This document shows positions 30,220 to 39,600 of a stretch of 64,000 bases of DNA, one piece after another. The position numbers and the translations under genes were made by a program. Under the pieces are notes generated by a model that saw only the letters and a program-made list of their open reading frames with translations, searched no databases and was not told the origin of the DNA. Source of the DNA: Candidatus Limivivens intestinipullorum (lineage in GTDB: Bacteria; Bacillota; Clostridia; Lachnospirales; Lachnospiraceae); contig DVIQ01000099.1 in NCBI GenBank assembly GCA_018711185.1, positions 10,380-74,379 of the forward strand. Reading direction: 5' to 3'. How positions within the stretch are numbered: position 1 is the first letter of the stretch; each line of letters opens with the position of its first letter.

Positions 30220-31026
30220 ATGATTATTATTGGTGAGAAAATCAACGGTTCCATTCCTTCCATGGGAAAGGCCATTGCCGAGAGAAACGAGGAGTGGATT
30301 AAAGAGATCGCGAAAAAGCAGGCGGACGCGGGAGCTACCTACATTGACGTATGCGCATCCGTTGAGGAAAATATCGAAGTTGAGACGTTAAAGTGGATGA
30401 TCGATCTGGTACAGAGCGTTACAGATCTTCCCATCGCCGTTGACAGTCCAAGCCCCAGGGTTCTGAAGGAGGCTTATAAATTCTGCAATAAGCCGGGCCT
30501 GATCAACTCCGTGTCCATGGAGGGCGATAAGGTGGATATCATTTTCCCGGAAATCAAGGACACAAAGTGGGAAGTAATCGCTCTGCTCTGCGATGACACC
30601 GGTATTCCCAAATGCGCGGAAGACCGTCTGAGAGTGTTCGACAACATTATGGCAAAGGCAAAAGAATACGGCATCGCTCCCAGCCGCATTCATATTGATC
30701 CGCTCATTGAGATGCTTTGCACCTCCGAGGACGGCATCAACATGATCACAGAGGTTATGCGGACAATTCGAAGCCAGTATCCGGATATTCACATTACCTC
30801 AGCGGTCAGCAATATCTCCTTTAATCTTCCGGTCCGCAAGCTTCTGAATATGGGCTTCACCGTTCTTGCCATGAACGCCGGCCTGGACAGCGCGATTCTG
30901 GATCCCACAAACCGCGACATGATGGGATTGATTTACGCCACCGAAGCGCTGCTTGGAAAAGACGACTACTGCATGGAGTATATCGGCGCGTACCGTGCCG
31001 GCCTGATCGGTCCTGTAAAACAGTAA
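30220..31026 (+). CDS. methyltetrahydrofolate:corrinoid methyltransferase (AcsE-like pterin-binding MT2)
   Basis: IIGEKING, GATYIDV, AVDS, INSVS, HIDP, SAVSNISFNLP and SAILDP motifs. Confidence 0.85.
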   Translation: MIIIGEKINGSIPSMGKAIAERNEEWIKEIAKKQADAGATYIDVCASVEENIEVETLKWMIDLVQSVTDLPIAVDSPSPRVLKEAYKFCNKPGLINSVSMEGDKVDIIFPEIKDTKWEVIALLCDDTGIPKCAEDRLRVFDNIMAKAKEYGIAPSRIHIDPLIEMLCTSEDGINMITEVMRTIRSQYPDIHITSAVSNISFNLPVRKLLNMGFTVLAMNAGLDSAILDPTNRDMMGLIYATEALLGKDDYCMEYIGAYRAGLIGPVKQ

Positions 31027-31066
31027 ACGCGAAATCCATTCAAAGTTTCTCATTGGGAAGTTTATC

Positions 31067-31093
31067 AGCCCGGCCGCATGGCCGGGCTTTTTT
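31067..31093 (+). terminator. rho-independent terminator
   Basis: AGCCCGGCC-GCAT-GGCCGGGCT followed by a T-run. Confidence 0.8.
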
Positions 31094-31207
31094 CGCGAGC
31101 AGTTCGGCAAGGGGCTGCTGTGCTTGCGCAAGCAGACATTTGCCGATAAGTTAAGAAAATTTCTCAATAATCTCTATAGACAAAATCGCGGTTTTATAGT
31201 ATCCTTT

Positions 31208-31225
31208 GGTTAGACTTAACTAACC
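31208..31225. promoter_or_regulatory. palindromic operator candidate (DtxR/IdeR-like GTTAG...CTAAC)
   Basis: GGTTAG-ACTTAA-CTAACC, 16 bp before the DUF3793 start codon. Confidence 0.55.
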
Positions 31226-31241
31226 GAAGGAGTGAAGCAGT

Positions 31242-31823
31242 ATGTCACCGGAAAACAAGAAGACTCTTGAGCTGGAGATTGCAAGGCAGTGCGCGCCGGT
31301 GATGGCGGGACTGAAACCGGCGAATCTTCTGATCCTGAATCGTGAGGACGGACAAATCAAAGAAGGATTTTTTAAGGAGATGAAAGCCTGCGGCAAACTC
31401 CTTTATCTGAGTGAGCGAAAAACGATCTGGCTGATTTACCGTCAGACGGAGCTTGCAACAGTTCTCAGGAAACCGGAAAACCGGACGTTTCTGCAAATGT
31501 ACGGGTACAAAGAGGAGGACACGGCCGCCAAGATGCTGGAGCGGCTGGCAGAACGTTTTGCTTTTCACCGCAGATACGGAAACGGTTTTCCGCACGAGAT
31601 GGGTGTGTTCCTGGGATATCCGCTGGGGGATGTACAAGGCTTTATCCGGAATAACGGCAAAAATTATCTGTACTGCGGATATTGGAAGGTTTATGAAAAT
31701 CCGGAGGAGACCAGAAAAACCTTCGCGCTTTTCCGAAAAGCCCAGCGTGTCTTTACGGAAGCTTTAAAAGACGGGATGAACCTGGGGCAGGCCGTTTCCA
31801 TGGAGCCTGTTTTGCCGGCGTAA
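31242..31823 (+). CDS. DUF3793 family protein
   Basis: RQCAPVMAGLKPANL, FPHEMGVFLGYPLGDV and YWKVY motifs. Confidence 0.8.
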   Translation: MSPENKKTLELEIARQCAPVMAGLKPANLLILNREDGQIKEGFFKEMKACGKLLYLSERKTIWLIYRQTELATVLRKPENRTFLQMYGYKEEDTAAKMLERLAERFAFHRRYGNGFPHEMGVFLGYPLGDVQGFIRNNGKNYLYCGYWKVYENPEETRKTFALFRKAQRVFTEALKDGMNLGQAVSMEPVLPA

Positions 31824-31839
31824 GAAAGAGATTTAGATG

Positions 31840-31982
31840 GTTACTATTCACAGCAGCAGCAAACACTTGCTGTTTGCTGCGTAAGAAAATGATTCAGGCG
31901 TGAGCGGATTCCATTCGCGAAGCGAATTTTTAATGAATCCGCGATGTTGTTGTTCACGAACCGGAGGACCGTGAATAGTAAC
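31840..31982. mobile_element. 143-bp MITE-like element
   Basis: Perfect 12-bp terminal inverted repeats GTTACTATTCAC/GTGAATAGTAAC; flanks TTTAGATG and TTCAGATG (7/8 identical); internal hairpins; no ORF. Confidence 0.6.
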
Positions 31983-32044
31983 TTCAGATGTGAGCGGCTC
32001 GCGAAGATCCGCTTGACAGGAGAATACGATCAGGAGGAAAAAAT

Positions 32045-32335
32045 ATGAGCATCGTGATTATAGGAGGCCATGACTGCATGGTCTGTCAGTATAAGAAGAT
32101 CTGCAAAAAATTTAATCATAAGGCAAAGGTTTTCACCCATATGTCCGCGGATTTGAATAAGCAGATGGGCCAGCCGGATCTGTATGTGCTGTTTACAAAC
32201 ACGGTTTCCCATAAGATGGTGAAGTGCGCCATGGACGGCGCGAAAAAGACGAACGCCAAGGTGGTACGCAGCCATACCAGCAGCGGAGCGGCGCTGACGG
32301 CGATCCTGGAACAGGAAGCCGCTCTGGCCGGCTGA
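32045..32335 (+). CDS. DUF2325 family protein
   Basis: MSIVIIGGHD, PDLYVLFTNTVSHKMV and SHTSS motifs. Confidence 0.8.
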   Translation: MSIVIIGGHDCMVCQYKKICKKFNHKAKVFTHMSADLNKQMGQPDLYVLFTNTVSHKMVKCAMDGAKKTNAKVVRSHTSSGAALTAILEQEAALAG

Positions 32336-32418
32336 ACGCGGCAAGGGAATACTGACAGCCGTATTTTCTATGCGGCACCAGGCGGCACTTCGGCCGTTCC
32401 GAAGAGCTGCGGAAAAGG

Positions 32419-32447
32419 GTAAAAGTTCAGGTCTGCTGAACTGTTAT
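32419..32447. repeat. 29-bp palindromic repeat, copy 5
   Basis: GTAAAAGTTCAGGTCTGCTGAACTGTTAT. Confidence 0.75.
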
Positions 32448-32475
32448 GGAAAAAGAGCATTAGGAGGATGAAAAA

Positions 32476-32907
32476 ATGGATCAGATCACAGTCGTTTATT
32501 GGAGCAGTACCGGAAATACAGAGGCAATGGCCAAATATATCGGAGAAGGAATAGAGGATGCGGGGAAAAAAGCGAACGTAGTAGATATGGACAGTTTTTC
32601 GGCGGACGAGCTGAAGGACTGCGCCGTATTTGCCATGGGAGCCTCCGCCATGGGCGATGAGGAGCTGGACGACGGCACCGCGGAGCCTTTCGTATGCGAG
32701 GTGGAAACGTTTGCGCAGGGAAAGAAAATCGCCCTGTTCGGCTCCTATGACTGGGGCGACGGAGAATGGATGCGAAACTGGGTAAAGCGCATGGAAGATG
32801 CCGGGGCTGAGATTGTGGGAGGCGAAGGCCTGATCTGCAACAACGATCCCCAGGAAGAGGACGCCCAGAATTGCCGTGAGCTGGGAAGGAAACTGGCGGC
32901 CCTGTAA
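32476..32907 (+). CDS. short-chain flavodoxin
   Basis: VYWSSTGNTEAMA, GASAMGDE and LFGSYDWGDGEWM motifs. Confidence 0.93.
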   Translation: MDQITVVYWSSTGNTEAMAKYIGEGIEDAGKKANVVDMDSFSADELKDCAVFAMGASAMGDEELDDGTAEPFVCEVETFAQGKKIALFGSYDWGDGEWMRNWVKRMEDAGAEIVGGEGLICNNDPQEEDAQNCRELGRKLAAL

Positions 32908-33100
32908 TACCGGGCAGGTATTCGCGCGCAGATTCATCGGAAAAGCAGATTTTCGATGGGTCTGCGCTATTTTTCAATTTATTGAAGGATTGCCGAAGTT
33001 GTGGTAGGATAGTAATGATTCAGGACAGGACGAATCACTTGCTGATGAGCAGAGCGGTGGAAGCGGGATAAAGGAGTCCTGAAAAAGGAGTGATGGCAGG

Positions 33101-33964
33101 GTGCAGATCCGCAAGGATGAAATGGAAATGGACAGGGGCTTTCCTTTCCGGATTTTCCGGTATGAAACCGGGATCCAGGAGGAGGGGCTGGAGGATTACC
33201 ACTGGCATGAGTACATGGAAATCACTAGCATTCTCTCCGGAAGAGGCTGCTACTATGTAAACGGCTGCCCTTATGAGGTGGAGGCCGGAGATATGATTAT
33301 TTTCAACAACATGGATCTCCACGGCTGGAGGGCGGCGGAAAAGATGGAGCTGCTGGTTATCACCTTTGAGACAGAACTGATTTCCGACAGGATGAATACG
33401 CTGGAGTATGATTATCTGCTGCCCTTTCTGGAGCGCGGCAGCAATTTCCAGAACCGGATCGGGGGAGCGGAAGAATATACCGGGCAGATGAAGGAGATCA
33501 TGCTGGATACTTTCGAGGAATATGAAAACCAGAAGACCGGGTACCGGCTGATGATTAAAGCGAATGTACTGCGGCTTCTGACGATCCTGCTGCGCCATTA
33601 CCAAAAGGGGGAGCCTCAGACAGAGTCTCTTTCCGCGCGAAAGAAGCAGATGAAGCGCCTGGAGCAGGCCTTTGCGTATATCCGAGAAAACTATGATAAG
33701 AAGATCACCCTGGAAGAGGCGGCGAATCTGGCCTATATGAGTCCAAATTATTTTTCAGCGTATTTCAGGAAGGTTACCGGAAAAAGCCTGCGGGATTATC
33801 TTACGGAGCAGAGGGTGGAAAAGGCCCGGCATCTGCTGAAAAACAGCAGCCTGAGTCTTCAGGAGATCGAGCAGGAATGCGGATTTACGAATACCTCCAA
33901 TTTTTACCGCATTTTTAAGAAAAAAACGGGGGTTTCTCCGGGAGAAATGCGTAAAAAAGTATAA
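33101..33964 (+). CDS. AraC family transcriptional regulator (cupin sensor domain)
   Basis: HWHEYMEI cupin motif; C-terminal SPNYFSAYFRK and GFTNTSNFYRIFKKKTGVSP; start may be ATG 33122. Confidence 0.9.
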   Translation: MQIRKDEMEMDRGFPFRIFRYETGIQEEGLEDYHWHEYMEITSILSGRGCYYVNGCPYEVEAGDMIIFNNMDLHGWRAAEKMELLVITFETELISDRMNTLEYDYLLPFLERGSNFQNRIGGAEEYTGQMKEIMLDTFEEYENQKTGYRLMIKANVLRLLTILLRHYQKGEPQTESLSARKKQMKRLEQAFAYIRENYDKKITLEEAANLAYMSPNYFSAYFRKVTGKSLRDYLTEQRVEKARHLLKNSSLSLQEIEQECGFTNTSNFYRIFKKKTGVSPGEMRKKV

Positions 33965-34088
33965 TTTTATCGTAAAGAAGCAGAAGAAAGAACCAGGTGA
34001 AGCGATTATAATAAAAATAACAGAAAGCGAACCGGTTAGCTTTCGGTTTCGCGGCGGGAAATTTCATGGTCTTACAAGGAGGTTCTGT

Positions 34089-35270
34089 ATGAAGTATAAG
34101 GATAACTGGGAAGAAACAAAGGAAAAATTTCGGAACTACTGGCATCATAAGAACACTGGCCGGCCTTTAATGTGCGTGGTGGCCAGAAAGCCGGAGATCG
34201 AACATCTGTCCGACAGCCGTCCGGTGGAGGGCGGATATTCGGATGTGATCTGCCAGGGGAAATACTACGCTCTTCCCGAAGAATTGCGTTGGAAGGATAT
34301 GGAGGACAAGTATCAGAACGCGGAGCGCATTGTGGCCAGATACCGGGACTTCTGTGAGAAACACCTTTTCCTGGCTGAGAGTTTTCCGAACCTGAATGTG
34401 GATTTCGGCCCGGGCTCCCTTGCCGCTTATCTCGGCTCGGACATCGGCTTTAAGGAGGATACGGTGTGGTTTAAGCCCTGCCTGGACAGCTGGGACGGCG
34501 TTCCGCCTTTCCAGTTCGACCCGGATAACGAATGGTTCAAAAAGCACATTGCTCTGGTGAAAAAGTGCCGTGAGCTGGCCGGAGACGACTTCCTGGTGGA
34601 TATGCCGGATCTCATGGAAAATGTGGATGTGCTGGCATCCCTGCGCGGGGCTCAGGAAATGCTTTACGATACCATCGACGAGCCGGAGATTGTTTCGGAG
34701 CGGGTTAAGGAAATTACAGATCTGTATTACGATTATTTTGACCGCTTTTATGATATTATTAAGGACGAAGAGGGAGGAAACGCCTATACGGTATTTCAGA
34801 TCTGGGGCCCTGGAAAGACCACGAAGCTTCAGTGCGATTTCTCGGCAATGATGTCGCCTACAGGCTTTAGGGAGTTTGTACTTGATTCCTTAAAGGAGCA
34901 GTCTAAAAAGGCGGACTACGTGCTGTATCACCTGGACGGGCCTGACGCCATTAAGCATATGGACGCCCTGATGGAGGTGGATGGAATCGACGCCCTCCAG
35001 TGGACCAGCGGCGACGCGGGCCCCGACGGGACATTGGAGGATTGGGACGTGATCTATGATAAGGCCATTGCTGCGGGCAAATCTCTATGGATCAAGGTTT
35101 ACTCCGGAGAGTTTGAGGATTGGCTGCGCAATTGCGAACGCCTGGTTATGAAATACGGTTCCCACAGCATTTTCTTCTTTTTCCCGGAGATGTCTTTGGA
35201 ACAGGCAAATAAGCTTATTTCCTATGCGGACGAGCATTGGAGCGATATTAAGGGCTGGTTTAACGAATAA
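34089..35270 (+). CDS. URO-D/MtaA-fold protein, probable corrinoid-dependent methyltransferase MT1 (substrate unknown)
   Basis: DFGPGSLAAYLG, QCDFSAMMSP, YHLDGPDA and LQWTSG resemble the uroporphyrinogen decarboxylase/methylcobamide methyltransferase superfamily. Confidence 0.62.
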   Translation: MKYKDNWEETKEKFRNYWHHKNTGRPLMCVVARKPEIEHLSDSRPVEGGYSDVICQGKYYALPEELRWKDMEDKYQNAERIVARYRDFCEKHLFLAESFPNLNVDFGPGSLAAYLGSDIGFKEDTVWFKPCLDSWDGVPPFQFDPDNEWFKKHIALVKKCRELAGDDFLVDMPDLMENVDVLASLRGAQEMLYDTIDEPEIVSERVKEITDLYYDYFDRFYDIIKDEEGGNAYTVFQIWGPGKTTKLQCDFSAMMSPTGFREFVLDSLKEQSKKADYVLYHLDGPDAIKHMDALMEVDGIDALQWTSGDAGPDGTLEDWDVIYDKAIAAGKSLWIKVYSGEFEDWLRNCERLVMKYGSHSIFFFFPEMSLEQANKLISYADEHWSDIKGWFNE

Positions 35271-35325
35271 ACCTGCATACGCCCGCGGGGCGGGCGTGCC
35301 ACCCTCCCGGAAAACCGGCGGGCGT

Positions 35326-35361
35326 CTGAATACATGCCGCCTGTTCGGCGGCGGATTTCAG
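35326..35361 (+). repeat. REP-like hairpin repeat, family 2 copy 2
   Basis: CTGAATACATGCCGCCTGTTCGGCGGCGGATTTCAG. Confidence 0.7.
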
Positions 35362-35467
35362 AAAAAACACCCTGGAAGGAAACCGAAAAACGGCTGCCTT
35401 TCAGGGTGTTTCTATATGCGCTGTTTTCCAAAAAAACGGAGAAACAGGCAATGGTTTGGACAAGCTG

Positions 35468-35953
35468 TCAGAAGCCTGCTTTTGACAGAATATTTTCAGC
35501 GGTCTCCGTGTCGTCGCAGACGCAGAGCACCACATAGTTTCCTGAGGTTCTCAGAATAGCGGCTTCCAGCTTCTGTGTCTCCGTGGCGTTGTAGGAAGAG
35601 TAGAGGGTGGTCTGATTGTCCACGCGGGTCTGGAGGAGGTCCTGAACCTCAGAGACATAGGAGCTGTCCTTGCACTGGATCACAGCGACTTCGCAGGCCG
35701 ACGCGGCGGTGCTCATGTAGACAGAGCTTGCCTCGATCTGATCCATATCCACAAAATAGGTGGACGCCACGATGTCCGCGGATACTTCATTTAAGGTATC
35801 GCTGGTGACCGTTTCCTGGGCAAGCTGCTTTGCCAGCTCAGAGGGGGCCACGGTGACCTCACCGGAGGATGTGTTTGTGCCGCTGCTGCAGCCTGTCAGC
35901 GCCAGAAGGCAGATAAGCAGGACTGCCGTAAAAATACAAAGTTTCTTTCTCAT
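35468..35953 (-). CDS. DUF4358-like lipoprotein
   Basis: Lipobox LTGC; EVAVIQCKD, RVDNQ and GNYVVLCV pattern. Confidence 0.65.
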   Translation of the reverse strand: MRKKLCIFTAVLLICLLALTGCSSGTNTSSGEVTVAPSELAKQLAQETVTSDTLNEVSADIVASTYFVDMDQIEASSVYMSTAASACEVAVIQCKDSSYVSEVQDLLQTRVDNQTTLYSSYNATETQKLEAAILRTSGNYVVLCVCDDTETAENILSKAGF

Positions 35954-36879
35954 GTTTCTTCTCCTTCTTGATCTTGTGGTACATAATGATTTTTCAGATA
36001 GTTCAGCCAGATCTCACAGTATTGCGGATACATGTGGACGCCGTCGCTGGTGGCTCCCTCAATCAGGGAGTGATTTCCATTGGAAAGCACTTCGTTGATA
36101 TTCAGGAAATGGTAGCCATTTTCTTCACAAAGCTCAAGGATTACGCGATTCATGGTGTCCACATTTTCGTTGTTAATGTAGTCGCCAGTGGTTACCTTGT
36201 CCTCTTCCACATAGGGAACGGACATCACGTAAATCAGAGCGTTGGGAGACAATTTTTTCAGTTCGCCCAGGACAATGCGGTAGTTTTCCTTAAATTCACT
36301 CCAGTCATACGTTCCCAGCTCGTTTGTACCCAGCAGAACATAAAACTTTTCGCAGTCGGTTCCGTAGAGGGCCTGGAATACCAGGATATTTCCGGAGGGG
36401 CTGCTGATAAATGGCGTCTGGAAGATGTTTGTCGTATCCATGCCGACGCCGGTCAGGAACGTGCCCTCTGTGATACCGGAATTAATCCGGAATCCTTCCA
36501 TCCTCGAATCGCCGATGAAGGTAGCGTCAGAAAAGTAGGAATCATCCACAGGAACAGCCTGTTCAGGCACAATGGCGGGGCTTTCCAGGGGCGGCCCTGT
36601 CTGGGGAGCTTCCGTGGCAGCCTCAGAGGAAATCTGGGTATCTGCCTCAGAGGAAACCTCTGTAACCGGAGCAGCTTCGGTTTCCGTTTCCGCCGTAGTT
36701 TCTTCCTCGGATGGAAACAGTTCGCTTAACTGGGCATTAAAGCGTTCCTGGAAGCCCTCCCGTGAAAAAATGCTGATTAACATTCTTCCCTCAAAGATAA
36801 TCAGCACTGAAATAATCAGAATCACTATATGAAGAAGGCGGCCGGGCTTAGGCGCCTTCCTTTTCTTTTGTACAGTCAT
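35950..36879 (-). CDS. membrane-anchored SGNH/GDSL hydrolase or acetyltransferase
   Basis: TM anchor, acidic linker, FIGDSR (block I), LGTNE (block III), DGVH (block V); start at MTVQ after GGGAGA. Confidence 0.8.
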   Translation of the reverse strand: MTVQKKRKAPKPGRLLHIVILIISVLIIFEGRMLISIFSREGFQERFNAQLSELFPSEEETTAETETEAAPVTEVSSEADTQISSEAATEAPQTGPPLESPAIVPEQAVPVDDSYFSDATFIGDSRMEGFRINSGITEGTFLTGVGMDTTNIFQTPFISSPSGNILVFQALYGTDCEKFYVLLGTNELGTYDWSEFKENYRIVLGELKKLSPNALIYVMSVPYVEEDKVTTGDYINNENVDTMNRVILELCEENGYHFLNINEVLSNGNHSLIEGATSDGVHMYPQYCEIWLNYLKNHYVPQDQEGEET

Positions 36880-37017
36880 AGATTCTCCCATACCGTCGAA
36901 TTTTTGAATTGCCTTTTCTTCTCCTCTATTATATAATGAATCCGTTAATTGTAAATAGTTTTTTCGCAATGTAATGAAAACTTAAAAAAATTTAAGAAAG
37001 GAACTTTTGTAGCAGTT

Positions 37018-38439
37018 ATGGTTTTTTCCAGTCTGTTGTTTCTGTTCCGCTTTCTTCCGGCTGTGTTTCTTCTTTATTATGTAGCACCCAGAAGATTGCG
37101 AAACGTCATTCTGTTTCTGTTCAGCCTCTTTTTTTATGCCTGGGGCGAGCCAAAGTATGTGTTTTTAATGCTCTTTTCGATTACCATGGATTTCTTTGTG
37201 GGCCGGCAAATTGATAAGAGCAAGCAAAATGGAAACATGAGAAGGGCCAGAGGCTTTCTTATGATTTCCATTGTGGTAAATTTGAGCATTCTCTGCTTCT
37301 TTAAGTACGCGGATTTTATCATTGGTTCCATAAACAGCGTTACCGGGTTTTCGATTCCCCTTCTGGGGATTCCTCTGCCCATCGGTATCTCCTTTTTTAC
37401 ATTCCAGACCATGTCCTATACCATCGACGTCTACAAAGGCGCCACGAAGGTTCAGAAAAACTGGATCAAGTATGGGACGTATGTGTCCATGTTTCCCCAG
37501 CTTATCGCGGGGCCCATTGTTCAGTATAAGACCATTGCAAAGCAGATGGAGACGAGAAAGGAGAATGTCCGCGATTTTTCCGCAGGCATTCATCGTTTTA
37601 TGATCGGTCTGGGGAAAAAGGTCCTTCTGGCAAACAACATCGGACTTTTGTGCGATGCGGTTATGGCTTTGGATATTGCCACGGTGCCGGTGCTGACAGC
37701 CTGGCTGGGAGCGGTGGCCTTTACCTTCCAGCTTTATTTTGATTTTTCCGCTTACTCGGATATGGCCATTGGCCTTGGAAAAATGTTCGGCTTCTATTTC
37801 CTTGAGAACTTTAATTATCCGTACATAGCAAAGAGCATTACCGAGTTCTGGCATCGGTGGCATATTTCACTGAGCTCCTGGTTTAAGGAATACGTCTACA
37901 TACCCCTGGGAGGAAACCGCCGGGGACTTCCAAAGCAGGTTCGGAATATCCTGATTGTGTGGCTTCTGACAGGCATCTGGCATGGAGCCAGCTGGAACTA
38001 TGTGCTCTGGGGCGTTTACTACGGTATTCTCCTGATTCTGGAGAAGTTTTTATTCCGCCATATTCTCAAACGGCTGCCGGGGATTGTCCAGAATGTTTAT
38101 ACGCTGTTTTTTGTAATTCTGGGATGGGTATTGTTTAAATGTGAGGATCTCGGGTACTGCGTATCCTATTTAAAGGCTATGTTTGGAGGTTTCGGCCAGG
38201 AAATTTTAGGAAATCAGACCATGTTTTATCTGGGGAATTACGGCGTGCTGCTGATTCTTCTGTTTTTCGGAAGCACCATGCTGCCCAAGAAAATCGGCCT
38301 TGCCATTCAGGGAAAGCTTGGGGAAGGCTCCTGGCTTCTTCTGCTGCTGAAATGTATTTTTTACGCCGGAATCTTCGTGGTTTCCGTTGCCTATCTGGTG
38401 GATGCCACGTATAACCCCTTCTTATATTTCCGGTTCTGA
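37018..38439 (+). CDS. MBOAT family O-acyltransferase (AlgI/PatA-like)
   Basis: LPIGISFFTFQ, FPQLIAGPI, DFSAYSDMAIG, ENFNYPY, FWHRWHISLS and GIWHGASW motifs. Confidence 0.92.
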   Translation: MVFSSLLFLFRFLPAVFLLYYVAPRRLRNVILFLFSLFFYAWGEPKYVFLMLFSITMDFFVGRQIDKSKQNGNMRRARGFLMISIVVNLSILCFFKYADFIIGSINSVTGFSIPLLGIPLPIGISFFTFQTMSYTIDVYKGATKVQKNWIKYGTYVSMFPQLIAGPIVQYKTIAKQMETRKENVRDFSAGIHRFMIGLGKKVLLANNIGLLCDAVMALDIATVPVLTAWLGAVAFTFQLYFDFSAYSDMAIGLGKMFGFYFLENFNYPYIAKSITEFWHRWHISLSSWFKEYVYIPLGGNRRGLPKQVRNILIVWLLTGIWHGASWNYVLWGVYYGILLILEKFLFRHILKRLPGIVQNVYTLFFVILGWVLFKCEDLGYCVSYLKAMFGGFGQEILGNQTMFYLGNYGVLLILLFFGSTMLPKKIGLAIQGKLGEGSWLLLLLKCIFYAGIFVVSVAYLVDATYNPFLYFRF

Positions 38440-38447
38440 TAAAGGAG

Positions 38448-39593
38448 ATGCCAATGAAAAAAGTACAAAATTGGATTGTGACAATCCTGTTTCTGGCAGT
38501 CATCTTTGGGACGACTGCTTTAACGATCCTGCATAAGCCCCAGGATTTTTCGGAAAGAGAAAACCGGGCCCTGGCTCAGCTTCCGATCCCTACGGTGGAC
38601 AGCGTATTCTCCGGGGATTTTGCTTCGGACTATGAGACATATCTGAGCGACCAGTTTGTGGGGCGCGACCAGTGGATCAGCCTGAAGACGCGGGTGGAGC
38701 GCATGGCAGGAAAGCAGGAGATTAAGGATGTGTATTATGCCCGGGATAACTATCTGATCGAATCTCATAACGGAACCTTTGAAACCGACCAGGCAAAGAC
38801 AAATATCCGTCTGCTGGCTCAGTTTGCGGAAATCTACCGGTCTCAGTTTCCGGAGGAGCACATGACGGTGATGGTGGTTCCAAACGCGGTGGAGGTTTTG
38901 GATTATCTGCTGCCGCTGTACGCGCCGGACAGCGGAGAACGGGCCTATCTGGATGCCATTGAAGCGGCGCTTCCGGAGGGTGTATGGTTTGAGAGCGAGC
39001 CGGTGCTGAAGGATCACGTGGAGGATCAGCTCTATTATCGGACGGATCACCACTGGACTACCCTGGCGGCGTTCTATGTGTATGAGGCCTGGGCGGATTC
39101 CCTGGGACTTTCCACAGCGGGACTTTCCACGTATACCAGGGAGACGCTGACGACGGATTTCCTGGGAACCATTGAATCCAAGGTAGGTGGCACGGTGACC
39201 CCGGATTCTATCCAGCGTTTTGTGCCGGCGAATCCGGCGGCTTATACGGTAAATTACAACAATGGGCAGGATACCGGAACGGATCTTTACCATATGGACA
39301 TGCTGGAGACCAAGGACAAGTACGCGGTATTTTTTGGCGGGAACCAGGGACTGGTTCAGGTAAACGTTGACAACGGCCAGGCGCGGAAGCTTCTGGTGGT
39401 GAAGGATTCCTATGCCAACTGCTTCGTGCCTTTTGCCTTTGAGAACTTCGGACAGGTGGATATGGTGGATGTGCGCTACTATAACGGCAGCCTGTCGGAA
39501 CTGATCGGTACGGGAGAGTATACGGATCTGCTGTTCCTTTACAACGCTTCCGGATTCGCGGAGGATGTGAGCCTGCAAAGGCTGCTGAATTAA
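38448..39593 (+). CDS. DHHW family protein (AlgJ/PatB-like O-acetyltransferase partner)
   Basis: YYRTDHHWT and LVVKDSYANCF motifs; N-terminal TM anchor. Confidence 0.85.
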   Translation: MPMKKVQNWIVTILFLAVIFGTTALTILHKPQDFSERENRALAQLPIPTVDSVFSGDFASDYETYLSDQFVGRDQWISLKTRVERMAGKQEIKDVYYARDNYLIESHNGTFETDQAKTNIRLLAQFAEIYRSQFPEEHMTVMVVPNAVEVLDYLLPLYAPDSGERAYLDAIEAALPEGVWFESEPVLKDHVEDQLYYRTDHHWTTLAAFYVYEAWADSLGLSTAGLSTYTRETLTTDFLGTIESKVGGTVTPDSIQRFVPANPAAYTVNYNNGQDTGTDLYHMDMLETKDKYAVFFGGNQGLVQVNVDNGQARKLLVVKDSYANCFVPFAFENFGQVDMVDVRYYNGSLSELIGTGEYTDLLFLYNASGFAEDVSLQRLLN

Positions 39594-39600
39594 AAAAGAG

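Noticed and set aside
30220-35270. Pyrrolysine/selenocysteine recoding or a cobalamin riboswitch in the methyltransferase region
   Set aside because: Both methyltransferase ORFs are uninterrupted and no B12-box was seen upstream of either.
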